Source: Candidatus Cloacimonadota bacterium | GTDB taxonomy: Bacteria > Cloacimonadota > Cloacimonadia > JGIOTU-2 | NCBI GenBank assembly: GCA_030613025.1 | Contig: JAUWMT010000008.1 | Coordinates: forward strand, 3,318 to 67,317 | Reading direction: 5' to 3' | DNA length: 64,000 nucleotides | Shown here: positions 20,883 to 29,498 of the stretch, piece after piece | Layout of the letters: each line of letters opens with the position of its first letter | Position numbering within the stretch: position 1 is the stretch's first letter | Notes under the pieces: model-generated | What the model was told of the DNA's origin: nothing | What the model saw: only the letters and a program-made list of their open reading frames with translations | The model's database searches: none | Program-made: the position numbers and the translations under genes

Positions 20883-22208
20883 ATGATAAAATATCAAGAA
20901 GCGATTGATACAATAATTTGGTCATTACCTTTTAAAAGGCTTGGAGGGAAAACACAAGTTTTTGTAAAAGGAATTCAAGATCACCATCGTGATAGACTCA
21001 CACATACTATTGAAGTAATGAATCTCTCAGAGAAACTGGCAGATGAGATTAACAAGAAAAATAAGAAGAAAAAGAAGAAAAAAATCGATATCGATTTATG
21101 TAAGGCTATTGCGCTTGCACATGATTTAGGGCATACACCTTTCGGCCATGCAGGGGAGGAAGCTTTACATATTGCACTATCAAATATTATAATTTTAGGA
21201 TGCAATAATATAAAAGGCTTACAAGGTTTTAATCATTATGAACAGGGGCTCGATGTAGTTTCATATATGTATTCAAAAGATACAACCAATAGTGGCAAGG
21301 GTTTATTTAAAAAAAATGTAAATAAAGAAATATGTAAAGGTATACTTCAGCATACATATTTTATAAATGGTTGCAAGTCAAAAGAAAATGCTGGTTTAAA
21401 TTATTTAATAAAAAACACCAAATATATAAAAATTATAACTAAAAAAGCAAAAAACCCATCTACTGAAGCCCAAATTGTAAGAATTTGTGACAAGATAGCG
21501 TTCATGATTTCCGATCTTGAAGACGGATTTATAGTAAATGCTATATCCATCTCAGATTTAAAAAAAATATCTCATAATTCTCATAATAATTTATTTAAAC
21601 AATTAAAAAAAGAAAACTTTGATTTTTCTGAACATAGAAGCTTTTTACGATGTCGAGAAAAAATTATAAAGCGATTGATTCAAGGTTGTGAAATAAGTGA
21701 TGATAAAATTAAATGTAAGCAGTCAGAGGTTATGGATGAGGTATATAAGGATATACAGGAAGGAATAATCTTTAAAAATTACTACGTTAAGAATGGTACT
21801 GAAAAAGGAAAATTAATTGTGAGTTGTTTATTCTGCCAATATTTGAGAAATCCAGAACTTATTGGGTTTCAATCATTTAGGTACAAATATCATGATCAAA
21901 GCCAGAGCTTTGATTGTAAAGAAGTTTCAAGTAAAATATCTTTTTACTCAAAATTAGAGGGTCATTATAATTTTTCTAATAATCAGGAAGTTCAAATTTA
22001 TTTATCTAAATGGTTCAAAATTAATAACTGTAGCGGCACAAACGTAGAGCAGGATTTTAAAAGGAATATTGTTGATGTTATTTGCGCTAAGGATTGGGTT
22101 GCAAGTTTAACCGATAGATATGCTGAAGAGTGTTATCATGAGCATGTTAATTGTTGGAAAAGTAAAGAGAAGTGGAAAAGATTAAATAGTACAGAAAATA
22201 TAAACTAA
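20883..22208 (+). CDS. dGTP triphosphohydrolase-like HD-domain protein with a poly-Lys insertion.
   Basis: HD motifs HDRDRLTHTIEV...ALAHDLGHTPFGHAGEE match the dGTPase family. The NKKNKKKKKKKID insertion is encoded by an A-rich tract at 21055-21090. The track ORF starts at a TTG at 20871; the ATG at 20883 was used. Confidence 0.65.
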   Translation: MIKYQEAIDTIIWSLPFKRLGGKTQVFVKGIQDHHRDRLTHTIEVMNLSEKLADEINKKNKKKKKKKIDIDLCKAIALAHDLGHTPFGHAGEEALHIALSNIIILGCNNIKGLQGFNHYEQGLDVVSYMYSKDTTNSGKGLFKKNVNKEICKGILQHTYFINGCKSKENAGLNYLIKNTKYIKIITKKAKNPSTEAQIVRICDKIAFMISDLEDGFIVNAISISDLKKISHNSHNNLFKQLKKENFDFSEHRSFLRCREKIIKRLIQGCEISDDKIKCKQSEVMDEVYKDIQEGIIFKNYYVKNGTEKGKLIVSCLFCQYLRNPELIGFQSFRYKYHDQSQSFDCKEVSSKISFYSKLEGHYNFSNNQEVQIYLSKWFKINNCSGTNVEQDFKRNIVDVICAKDWVASLTDRYAEECYHEHVNCWKSKEKWKRLNSTENIN

Positions 22209-22425
22209 AATAAAAAATTTATTAAAGAGAAGAATTTATCAATACAATTTTTATCTATTTTGATAGAAGAACAGCGCACAACAAAGCATATAAGCTGCGT
22301 CGCTTCGCTCCTTGGCCTACGGCACATTTTGCTTTCATTTCATTACAGCAAAACGTCTCATATACTAACCGTTATATGAAAAAATTAAAAATTGTATTTT
22401 GGTTGTATGTATCCTTTGATAGGTT

Positions 22426-22707
22426 GTGAGAGAGGGTGATCTGATAAATATGAAGGTGCATTTTATTGATGTGAGGGAAGGGGACGCGATATTAGTACAG
22501 TATGAGGGGGAGAATTATTTGATCGACTCGGGGCGGAATTTGAGCTCGAACCAGCTGATTACTTATGTTGATTCGGTGGGGTTGCTGCTTACAGGGGAAA
22601 GCGAAACAGAAAATAACCAGTACCTTTTAGATGAATATGATCTTGATGTGGAAGTTTTGAAGGTTTCTCATCATGGAGCTTTTTACTCGTTCCTATCCGT
22701 CAGCTGA
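22426..22707 (+). pseudogene. Remnant of a ComEC/Rec2-type metallo-beta-lactamase-fold gene (internally deleted fragment).
   Basis: MKVHFIDVREGDAILVQ...LIDSGRN resembles the first strands of the ComEC C-terminal MBL domain, and ...LKVSHHGA resembles its later HHGS motif, but about 150 aa in between are missing. No proper start codon. The ORF ends inside a 36-bp palindrome. Confidence 0.4.
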
Positions 22708-22721
22708 CGGATAGGAACGAG
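22686..22721. repeat. Perfect 36-bp palindrome CTCGTTCCTATCCGTCAG|CTGACGGATAGGAACGAG.
   Basis: Verified base by base. The centre is CAGCTG. It overlaps the stop of the MBL remnant and is not followed by a T-run. Confidence 0.95.
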
Positions 22722-22890
22722 GTGTTAAAGAATCAGAAGAAAATCTGTGGCTGATTAAGGGTAATAAGCCCTCAAAAATCATCGTTTTTCCTATTGGATT
22801 GGGTCAAATTTCGCAATAAATTAATTGCAGAAAAATTTGACAACATTTTGTAGGAATTTCGAATGAAAAAAATAAATTCAGGAGGTGCAG

Positions 22891-24813
22891 ATGAAAAAAA
22901 TAGCTGTACTCTTATTTTTCTTGCTTCTCTCAACAACTGCTTTTGCTGCTTATCAGGTAGGGGATGTTGTTTCGAATTTTAGCTGGACTGATAACACCGG
23001 AACGTCACATACGATCTACGATCTCATCGACGCTGAAAAGGCGATCGTGTTTTTCTGGGGAGGTGCTGGTTGAGGTGGCTGTGTAGCGGCGGCGCCGCAA
23101 TTAGAAACTATCTGGCAAAACTACCAGGGAACAGGTCATTGCTATATTCTATCAGAAAACAATTGGACTTCCTATGGAGCAACTTATTATTATTCTTATG
23201 ATATCGATCCATACTATGGTCAATATGGAAATGGTTACATTCCGTATTTTGCTGTTATTGGTGGTGAGTATAAAGTGTTTTATACAAGTACTGGTGTGAG
23301 CGGTGTAAGCGCTGGACTTGATGCTGCGATCGCATCTCTAGGATTATATGCAAACTTTACTGCTAATATTACCCAGGGACCTCCGGAACTTACTGTGCAA
23401 TTCACAAGTACATCTTCTGGAAGCCCCGACACGTGGGAATGGGACTTCAATAATGATGATACGATTGACAGCCATGAAGAAAATCCTGTCTGGACGTACA
23501 CAGCAGTCGGTTCTTACGATGTTTCTCTTACTGTATTTGAAGGAGCTGATAGCGATGAACTCATACAAGAGGACTTTATCACTGTGTTAAGTCCCACAAA
23601 TATCTCCGGTCAACTCGCAGGAACGTGGTCACCCATTTATGGAACGTACACTATTACAGGAGATGTAACTGTTCCTGTAGGTACAGTTCTCTCGATTGAA
23701 CCAAGTACAAACATTGTCGCGAATAATAACAGCAAGATCCAGATTAATGGAAGAATTGAGGCACAAGGCTCTGAACGTGGATTGGTAAATTTCTCAACAG
23801 ACGATCAATGGAAAGGTATCAAGATCATTGATAGCCAGGAAGATAATTTGATCGATTATTGCTATTTTACGGGCTCAACAGAAAGTGCAGTGGATATTGA
23901 TAATTCAACTGTCGATGTGCTGAACAGCACTTTTTATGAGAATACAAACACCTCTCAAAAAGGACCTGCTATCAATGTGTTGGATGCAAGTGATGTACTT
24001 ATAGAAGGCAATGTTATTGCAAATAATTACAGCTCGGTGCTCACCGGTGGTATTGGACTTGATAATTCAGCTTGTGTGATCTCACACAATATCATTGTGA
24101 ATAACGAAGCAAACTTTGCAGGTGCGATCGGCATGAAGAATGGTTCTGATACATCACTTATCAATAATACAATTGCGAATAACCTGGCTAACTATGCGTG
24201 CATTTACATGCTTTCTTCCTATCCGAATGTGCTTAACACGATCATTATTCATGACGGTTTGATCTTCACAACCTTTAGCAGTAATCCAATTGTTAACTAT
24301 TCTTGTATCTCAGGCGGATATTCCGGAACAGGTAATATCAGCGATGATCCGCAGTTTGTGGATCCCACTGCTGGAGATGGAAATGCGTATAATGGCTTGA
24401 TTGCGTACTGGAGTTTGCAGTCAACTTCCCCATGTATCGATACCGGCGATCCTTCCTCACCTCCTGATCCAGATGGAACGATTGCAGATATGGGTGCGTT
24501 GTACTATCATCAGCAGGTTTCAAATGACGATCCTCATAGTAATATGATCTATGTCATGCAGAATTCACCAAATCCATTCAAGGGTTCTACTTCAATATCT
24601 TATTCTTTGCCGAAAAATTCTGAGAATGCTATTATCACTATCTATAACATAAAGGGTGACATGATAAAAGAATTCACACTTGATGATTCTGAAGGTGAGA
24701 TCGTGTGGAACGGGTTTGATCAGAATAATAAAGCAGTCGCAAGCGGAGTTTATTTCTATAGACTACAAGGAGATTCCATTTCCCGGACCAGATCAATGGT
24801 CTTCATGAAATAA
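22891..24813 (+). CDS. Candidate selenoprotein of 640 aa: signal peptide, TlpA-like redoxin with UxxC active site, PKD-like domain, parallel beta-helix repeats and T9SS C-terminal sorting domain. The in-frame TGA at 23071-23073 is read as Sec.
   Basis: Track ORFs 22885..23073 and 23275..24813 are in the same frame. I translated the 200-nt gap by eye and found no other stop. Context AIVFFWGGAG-TGA-GGCV parallels the redoxin FWASWCxPC active site. A GC-rich hairpin lies 12 nt after the TGA. The gene is followed immediately by selC, selA and selB. C-terminal MQNSPNPFKGSTSISYSL...ITIYNIKGDMIKEF...GVYFYRLQ is a T9SS tail. Confidence 0.55.
23086..23098 (+). promoter_or_regulatory. SECIS-like hairpin GCGGC-GGC-GCCGC, 12 nt downstream of the in-frame UGA.
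   Basis: Self-complementary GC-rich 13-mer in otherwise AT-rich DNA. The spacing from the UGA matches the usual bacterial SECIS position. Confidence 0.45.
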
Positions 24814-24844
24814 CGTATTTCAAAAAAATAGAATAGCTTTCGGT

Positions 24845-24939
24845 TGAGAGGAAGGAACTGGTGTTCCAGCTGGTCTTCAAAATCAGTAGTGTGCGGATAA
24901 CACCGTTCATGGCAGGTTCGATTCCTGCCCTCTCGGCCA
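24845..24939 (+). tRNA. selC: tRNA-Sec (selC-like), anticodon UCA. Boundaries approximate (+/- 3 nt).
   Basis: Anticodon stem-loop GCTGGT-CTTCAAA-ATCAGT (24869-24887) with anticodon TCA. D-arm GGAAC-TGGT-GTTCC. Long extra arm. T-arm GCAGG-TTCGATT-CCTGC. 3' CCTCTCG-G-CCA pairs with 5' (T)GAGAGG. About 95 nt long. Sits between the selenoprotein gene and selA. Confidence 0.65.
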
Positions 24940-24966
24940 TTTTTTTATTTAAAAATAGGATATAAA

Positions 24967-26352
24967 ATGGATAAGAACGAACTTAAAAAAATTCCCGGAG
25001 TGGATACATTGATGAAGAACTCCGCAATCAAAAACCTCATTTCTGAATTTGGTGAAAATCTTACAGTTTTCTCGATCAGGCAAGTACTAAGTGATATTAG
25101 AGACTCAGTTCTTAAAGGAAAAAAAATTCCATCTGATGATAGAATGCTCACACTAATAAAGCAAAGAGTATATCATATTGGAATATGCTCATTAAAGCCA
25201 ATGATCAATGCGACGGGTGTTGTACTGCATACAAATCTTGGACGTGCCCCTTTGGGTTCTGCACTCACGGAAGAGGTTGCAAAAATAATTGGGGGGTATT
25301 CAAATCTTGAGTTCGATCTTGAAAAGGGGAAGCGGGGTCACAGAGAAGACCATATTACTGATCTTATTACTTTTATTACAGGCGCAGAAGATGCAGTTGT
25401 AGTAAATAATAATGCTGCCGGCGTTTATCTGTCGCTAAAAACCTTTTGTGAAAACAAGGAAGTAGTAATTTCACGAGGTGAGCTTATTGAGATCGGCGGC
25501 TCATTCCGAATACCGGACATCATACAGCAGAGCGGTGCAAAAATGGTGGAAGTCGGTACAACAAACAGGACACGGATCTCAAATTATGAAGCAGCGCTCA
25601 CGGAAGAAACTACGGTATTATTCAAAGCTCATAAATCCAATTATTATATTCAGGGATTTTCCGAAGAAGTAGAGATCGAAGCATTGGCTGAACTGGCTCA
25701 TGCTCATGGACTTGTTTGCATCTATGATTTGGGATCAGGACTGCTGCGTAAGCCGAAAGGGTTACCTCTGAACACAGAGCCGGATGTTATATCTGCACTA
25801 CAGTCAGGAGCGGATCTCGTGATGTTCAGTTGTGATAAACTGCTCGGCGGTCCTCAATCGGGCATTATTGCCGGAAAAAAGAAGTACATCCAAAAATTGA
25901 GGAAGTCGCCGCTTATGCGTGTGCTTCGTGTGGGTAAAATGACCCTTGCAGCACTTTCTACAGTGCTCCGCTGCTATTTGAAAGATGAAACTCTTCTTGA
26001 AAACGTACCTGTTTTTCGCATGCTGGATCAGACAAAAGATGAGCTTCGAGAAAAAGCAGAAAAATTCTCCGAACTCCTGAAAAAAGAGAAGATTTCCAAT
26101 AAGATTATTAAGAATACTGCACGTTGCGGTGGGGGAACTCTTCCGCAGGTTGAAATTTCCAGCTATGCAGTACAGCTCGGTCTTACAAAAACTAAGATTT
26201 CTCCCGAGCAGCTATATCATAAATTGCTACAATTAGATAAACCGATCCTTGGCATTCTCAGAGAAGGTTCGTTACTTTTTGATATGTTTACTCTTGGTAA
26301 AGTTCAGACAACCGAAATTGCAAAGCAGATCAAGAAAATGATCCAAACATAA
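24967..26352 (+). CDS. selA: L-seryl-tRNA(Sec) selenium transferase.
   Basis: Strong match to SelA signatures: INATGVVLHTNLGRAPL, ITGAEDAVVVNNNAAGV, SRGELIEIGGSFRIPD, KAHKSNY, FSCDKLLGGPQSGII, KMTLAAL. Confidence 0.9.
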   Translation: MDKNELKKIPGVDTLMKNSAIKNLISEFGENLTVFSIRQVLSDIRDSVLKGKKIPSDDRMLTLIKQRVYHIGICSLKPMINATGVVLHTNLGRAPLGSALTEEVAKIIGGYSNLEFDLEKGKRGHREDHITDLITFITGAEDAVVVNNNAAGVYLSLKTFCENKEVVISRGELIEIGGSFRIPDIIQQSGAKMVEVGTTNRTRISNYEAALTEETTVLFKAHKSNYYIQGFSEEVEIEALAELAHAHGLVCIYDLGSGLLRKPKGLPLNTEPDVISALQSGADLVMFSCDKLLGGPQSGIIAGKKKYIQKLRKSPLMRVLRVGKMTLAALSTVLRCYLKDETLLENVPVFRMLDQTKDELREKAEKFSELLKKEKISNKIIKNTARCGGGTLPQVEISSYAVQLGLTKTKISPEQLYHKLLQLDKPILGILREGSLLFDMFTLGKVQTTEIAKQIKKMIQT

Positions 26353-26353
26353 C

Positions 26354-28291
26354 ATGAAACATTTGATAATGGGCACAGCCGGTCATGTTGACCACGGGAA
26401 AACTGCGCTCATAAAAGCACTTACAAATTTTGATTGCGATACGCACAAAGACGAAAAGCAGCGCGGAATAACGATCCATCTCGGCTTTACACACCTCGAT
26501 CTGCCAAATGAGAACAGCATTGGCATTATCGATGTACCCGGGCATAAAGATTTTATCAATACTATGATCTCAGGCGCCAGTACCATTGATTTTGTGCTTT
26601 TTACAATTGCTGCAGACAGCAGTATCATGCCGCAAACAAGGGAGCATCTGCACATCATGGAGTTACTTGGGATCAAGAACGGCATAATTGCTCTCACAAA
26701 AAGTGATACGGTCGATGAAGAAATTTTAGAACTCGTTGAACTTGAGATAAGTGAATTCGTTTCCGGCACTTTCCTGGAAAATGCACCAATTATCAGAACT
26801 TCAGTCAAAGATAATACCGGCATCGAGGAGTTGTTGCGGGAACTGGAAAAAGTTACAGAACACATTGAGCAGCGTTCGGGCGGATGTTTTTTCAGAATGT
26901 ATATCGATAGAATATTCAGTGTGCAGGGATTTGGGACAGTGATCAACGGGTCTGTATTGCAGGGAAAAGCAACGAAAACGACTCCATTATATTTGCTTCC
27001 AGTAAACAAAGAGTTGCGGATCAGAAAGCTCGAACACCACGGGCAGGAAGTTCAAGAAATATATTCAGGACAGAGGGCTTCTCTTAACGTGGTCGGATTA
27101 GATATTCAGGATTTCACAAGGGGAATGCTGGTTTCTGAGAGGGTGATCAAGCCAACAAAAATAATCGATGCAGAACTCACTTTGTTTGAACACGAGAGAA
27201 CATTGGAGGTATGGAATCATGCACTCTTTCTTATGGGAACTTTTGAAGACCAGGCAAGAATACATCTGCTCGATAAGGACATTTTGCAGAGTGGAGAGAC
27301 CGGACTGGTACAGATCCATTTTGAAAAAGAGTGTTTTCCCATTTTTGGAGACTCTTTTATCATAAGAAGTACTTCTAGCGATATCACACTTGGTGGTGGA
27401 AAGATTCTCGATGCATATCCTCTTCATCATAAAAAGAGAACTCACAAGGTAATTCAACATCTTCAGCTTATTGCAAGCGGCGGTTTGCCTGCATTTCTGG
27501 CAGCAGAAGTGAGAAAACAACCCCACGCAGTTTCTCTTGCATACCTGGCTGAAATATCTAACAAAACCGACAAAGAGCTTCTTGAGATCATTAGAAAATC
27601 ATTTCCTGAAGATATTGAAACAAGGGAGTTTAACAAAGAATTGTTGCTCATCACACGCTGCATGATTGACCTTATACGAGCAGAAATAATTAAACTCCTT
27701 ACCGCTCATCATAAAGAAAATCCACTCATCAAAAAAGGAAAAACTTTCGATGAAATGTGCAGTATGTTGAATATGAAAAATGCCAATGACAGTACGCTAT
27801 TGGGAATACTATTAGAAGAAATGGTTCGGGATAACCAGCTTGCCAAAGTTAATGGAACTTTTGCCCTTTTAGATAGGGCAGTCACACTTTCGCATGAGGA
27901 AATGCAGAAGATTGAAAAAGTAGATCAGTACTTGCTGAATTTCGGAATGAAAGTGCCGATGATAAATGAGATAAGAGCATTTGCAGAAGGCGAGCAGATC
28001 TCGTCAAAAGAGTTGAATAATATCCTCAGCTATCTTATCGAAAATAAAAAAGTCTTAACAATTGAGGGTTCGTTCATTCATGCTGAGATCATAAAAAAAG
28101 CGGAGAAGGTTTTGTTGCAGCATTTCAAGAAAAATGACAAGCTGATCCTTGCTGATTTTCGTGACCAGTTACAAGCAAACAGAAAGATCTGCCTGCTGCT
28201 TCTCTCCTATTTTGATGATAAGGGATGGACGGTTCGTAAAGGGGATTATCGTATATTATCCGAAAAAGGAAAACAATTATTGAGCAGATAG
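26354..28291 (+). CDS. selB: Selenocysteine-specific elongation factor SelB.
   Basis: N-terminal GTPase motifs [23 protein letters not shown], then an EF-Tu-like beta-barrel and extended C-terminal winged-helix region. About 645 aa, typical of SelB. Confidence 0.9.
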   Translation: MKHLIMGTAGHVDHGKTALIKALTNFDCDTHKDEKQRGITIHLGFTHLDLPNENSIGIIDVPGHKDFINTMISGASTIDFVLFTIAADSSIMPQTREHLHIMELLGIKNGIIALTKSDTVDEEILELVELEISEFVSGTFLENAPIIRTSVKDNTGIEELLRELEKVTEHIEQRSGGCFFRMYIDRIFSVQGFGTVINGSVLQGKATKTTPLYLLPVNKELRIRKLEHHGQEVQEIYSGQRASLNVVGLDIQDFTRGMLVSERVIKPTKIIDAELTLFEHERTLEVWNHALFLMGTFEDQARIHLLDKDILQSGETGLVQIHFEKECFPIFGDSFIIRSTSSDITLGGGKILDAYPLHHKKRTHKVIQHLQLIASGGLPAFLAAEVRKQPHAVSLAYLAEISNKTDKELLEIIRKSFPEDIETREFNKELLLITRCMIDLIRAEIIKLLTAHHKENPLIKKGKTFDEMCSMLNMKNANDSTLLGILLEEMVRDNQLAKVNGTFALLDRAVTLSHEEMQKIEKVDQYLLNFGMKVPMINEIRAFAEGEQISSKELNNILSYLIENKKVLTIEGSFIHAEIIKKAEKVLLQHFKKNDKLILADFRDQLQANRKICLLLLSYFDDKGWTVRKGDYRILSEKGKQLLSR

Positions 28292-28333
28292 AAATGTGAT
28301 ACGAAATTGATTTTGAATAAAGGAAAAAAATTA

Positions 28334-29170
28334 ATGAAGCTAAAGAAACATTTAATAGATTTTAACAACCTGATAGAGTTTAGTGATCAAATTCAATCAG
28401 GAGTAAAAGAAAAAATTATTAGATATATCAATGAAAATGATGAGATTTATTTAATTACAGATAATAATCTCTATCTCGGTTTCATTCATTTAGAAATTTT
28501 TAATAAAAAAATATCAATAAAATTGTATTTAAGTTCTAATTGGAAAGGTGATTTTAATGAGCAACTATTTGATAATATTTCAGAATTGATAAAAAATAGT
28601 AATCAAAACTATTTAACATTTTTACATTGCTTCGATTCGAAGAATATTCTAAATAGACTCAAGGGGATTGATTTTATGCATCAATATGAATGCAATGAAA
28701 ATTTTCATAAACCTAATCCTAAGTTAAATTCAAATTTCACAATTTCAAAAAACATAAGTGATTATAAAGAGTTGATTGATTTTCATTATCTCTGTTATTC
28801 TGATGATAAAGATTATATGAACAGTAATTGGGAAAACATACTTCAATCGTTTCATAAAGCACCAATTCCAAAAATCATCTATATTTGTCATAATAAAGAC
28901 AATATTATTGGTTCCTGTATTGGTTATTTAATTCCAAAGAAAAATATGAAATATCTCTATTCAATCTGTGTTCATCCTGATTATAGAGGGAAATTGATTG
29001 GAGAATATTTGCTGCAATTATTTCTTTCAACCGAGCCCTTGATTTCTTGTTATTTAACAGTCTATGAATCTGCGAAACCAGCTGTAAATCTTTATGAAAA
29101 ATTTGGATTTATGAGAATAAAAACTGTTGAAGCAATAATAAGAAATGATGTTAAAATTAGTATTGAATAA
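28334..29170 (+). CDS. GNAT-family N-acetyltransferase, very AT-rich.
   Basis: C-terminal GNAT motifs ICVHPDYRGKLIGEYLL and NLYEKFGFMRI. The track ORF starts at a TTG at 28307; the ATG at 28334 was used. Confidence 0.55.
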   Translation: MKLKKHLIDFNNLIEFSDQIQSGVKEKIIRYINENDEIYLITDNNLYLGFIHLEIFNKKISIKLYLSSNWKGDFNEQLFDNISELIKNSNQNYLTFLHCFDSKNILNRLKGIDFMHQYECNENFHKPNPKLNSNFTISKNISDYKELIDFHYLCYSDDKDYMNSNWENILQSFHKAPIPKIIYICHNKDNIIGSCIGYLIPKKNMKYLYSICVHPDYRGKLIGEYLLQLFLSTEPLISCYLTVYESAKPAVNLYEKFGFMRIKTVEAIIRNDVKISIE

Positions 29171-29498
29171 TTCGTATAACAATGCCTCTGCGGTTGGCTT
29201 CGTGGTTTGTTTGGGACGTAATCCTTCTAAATTCGTAGCACGCTTAACCGTTAACACACGATCTGTCCACTCAGCGGATCGTAATTTTGAGAAGTATATT
29301 GAAATACAAAAAAGTTAATGCTATAAGTACGTTGAATCATGCAGAAGTAAAAACGCTGAATGGAAAAATTTGTTTGAAGGATGGTATGATTAAAATAAAT
29401 ATGGAGCTTATTAAATTTAGGTCATTTCCACGAAAGTGGGAATATCATAATTTAAAGATGGAAAAAGCATAATAATCTTAGAAGATCCATAAAGAATA

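Noticed and set aside
21055-21090. A-rich tract (AAGAAAAATAAGAAGAAAAAGAAGAAAAAAATC) in the dGTPase-like gene as a phase-variation switch.
   Set aside because: The longest uninterrupted run is only 7 A. The tract encodes an in-frame poly-Lys insertion. No evidence of slippage-prone length.
17500-22400. Prophage or integrative-element interpretation of the AT-rich island.
   Set aside because: No integrase, recombinase, terminase, capsid or tail-like genes and no tRNA or att duplication seen at its edges. Only compositional and functional oddity supports foreign origin.
29171-29498. Relatively GC-rich intergenic stretch (cctctgcggttggcttcgtggtttgtttgggacg...gatctgtccactcagcggatc) upstream of dinB, considered as an ncRNA or a LexA box.
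   Set aside because: No tRNA or known-ncRNA hallmarks recognisable by eye. No clear LexA-type palindrome: the CTGT..ACAG spacing is not met. Left uncalled.
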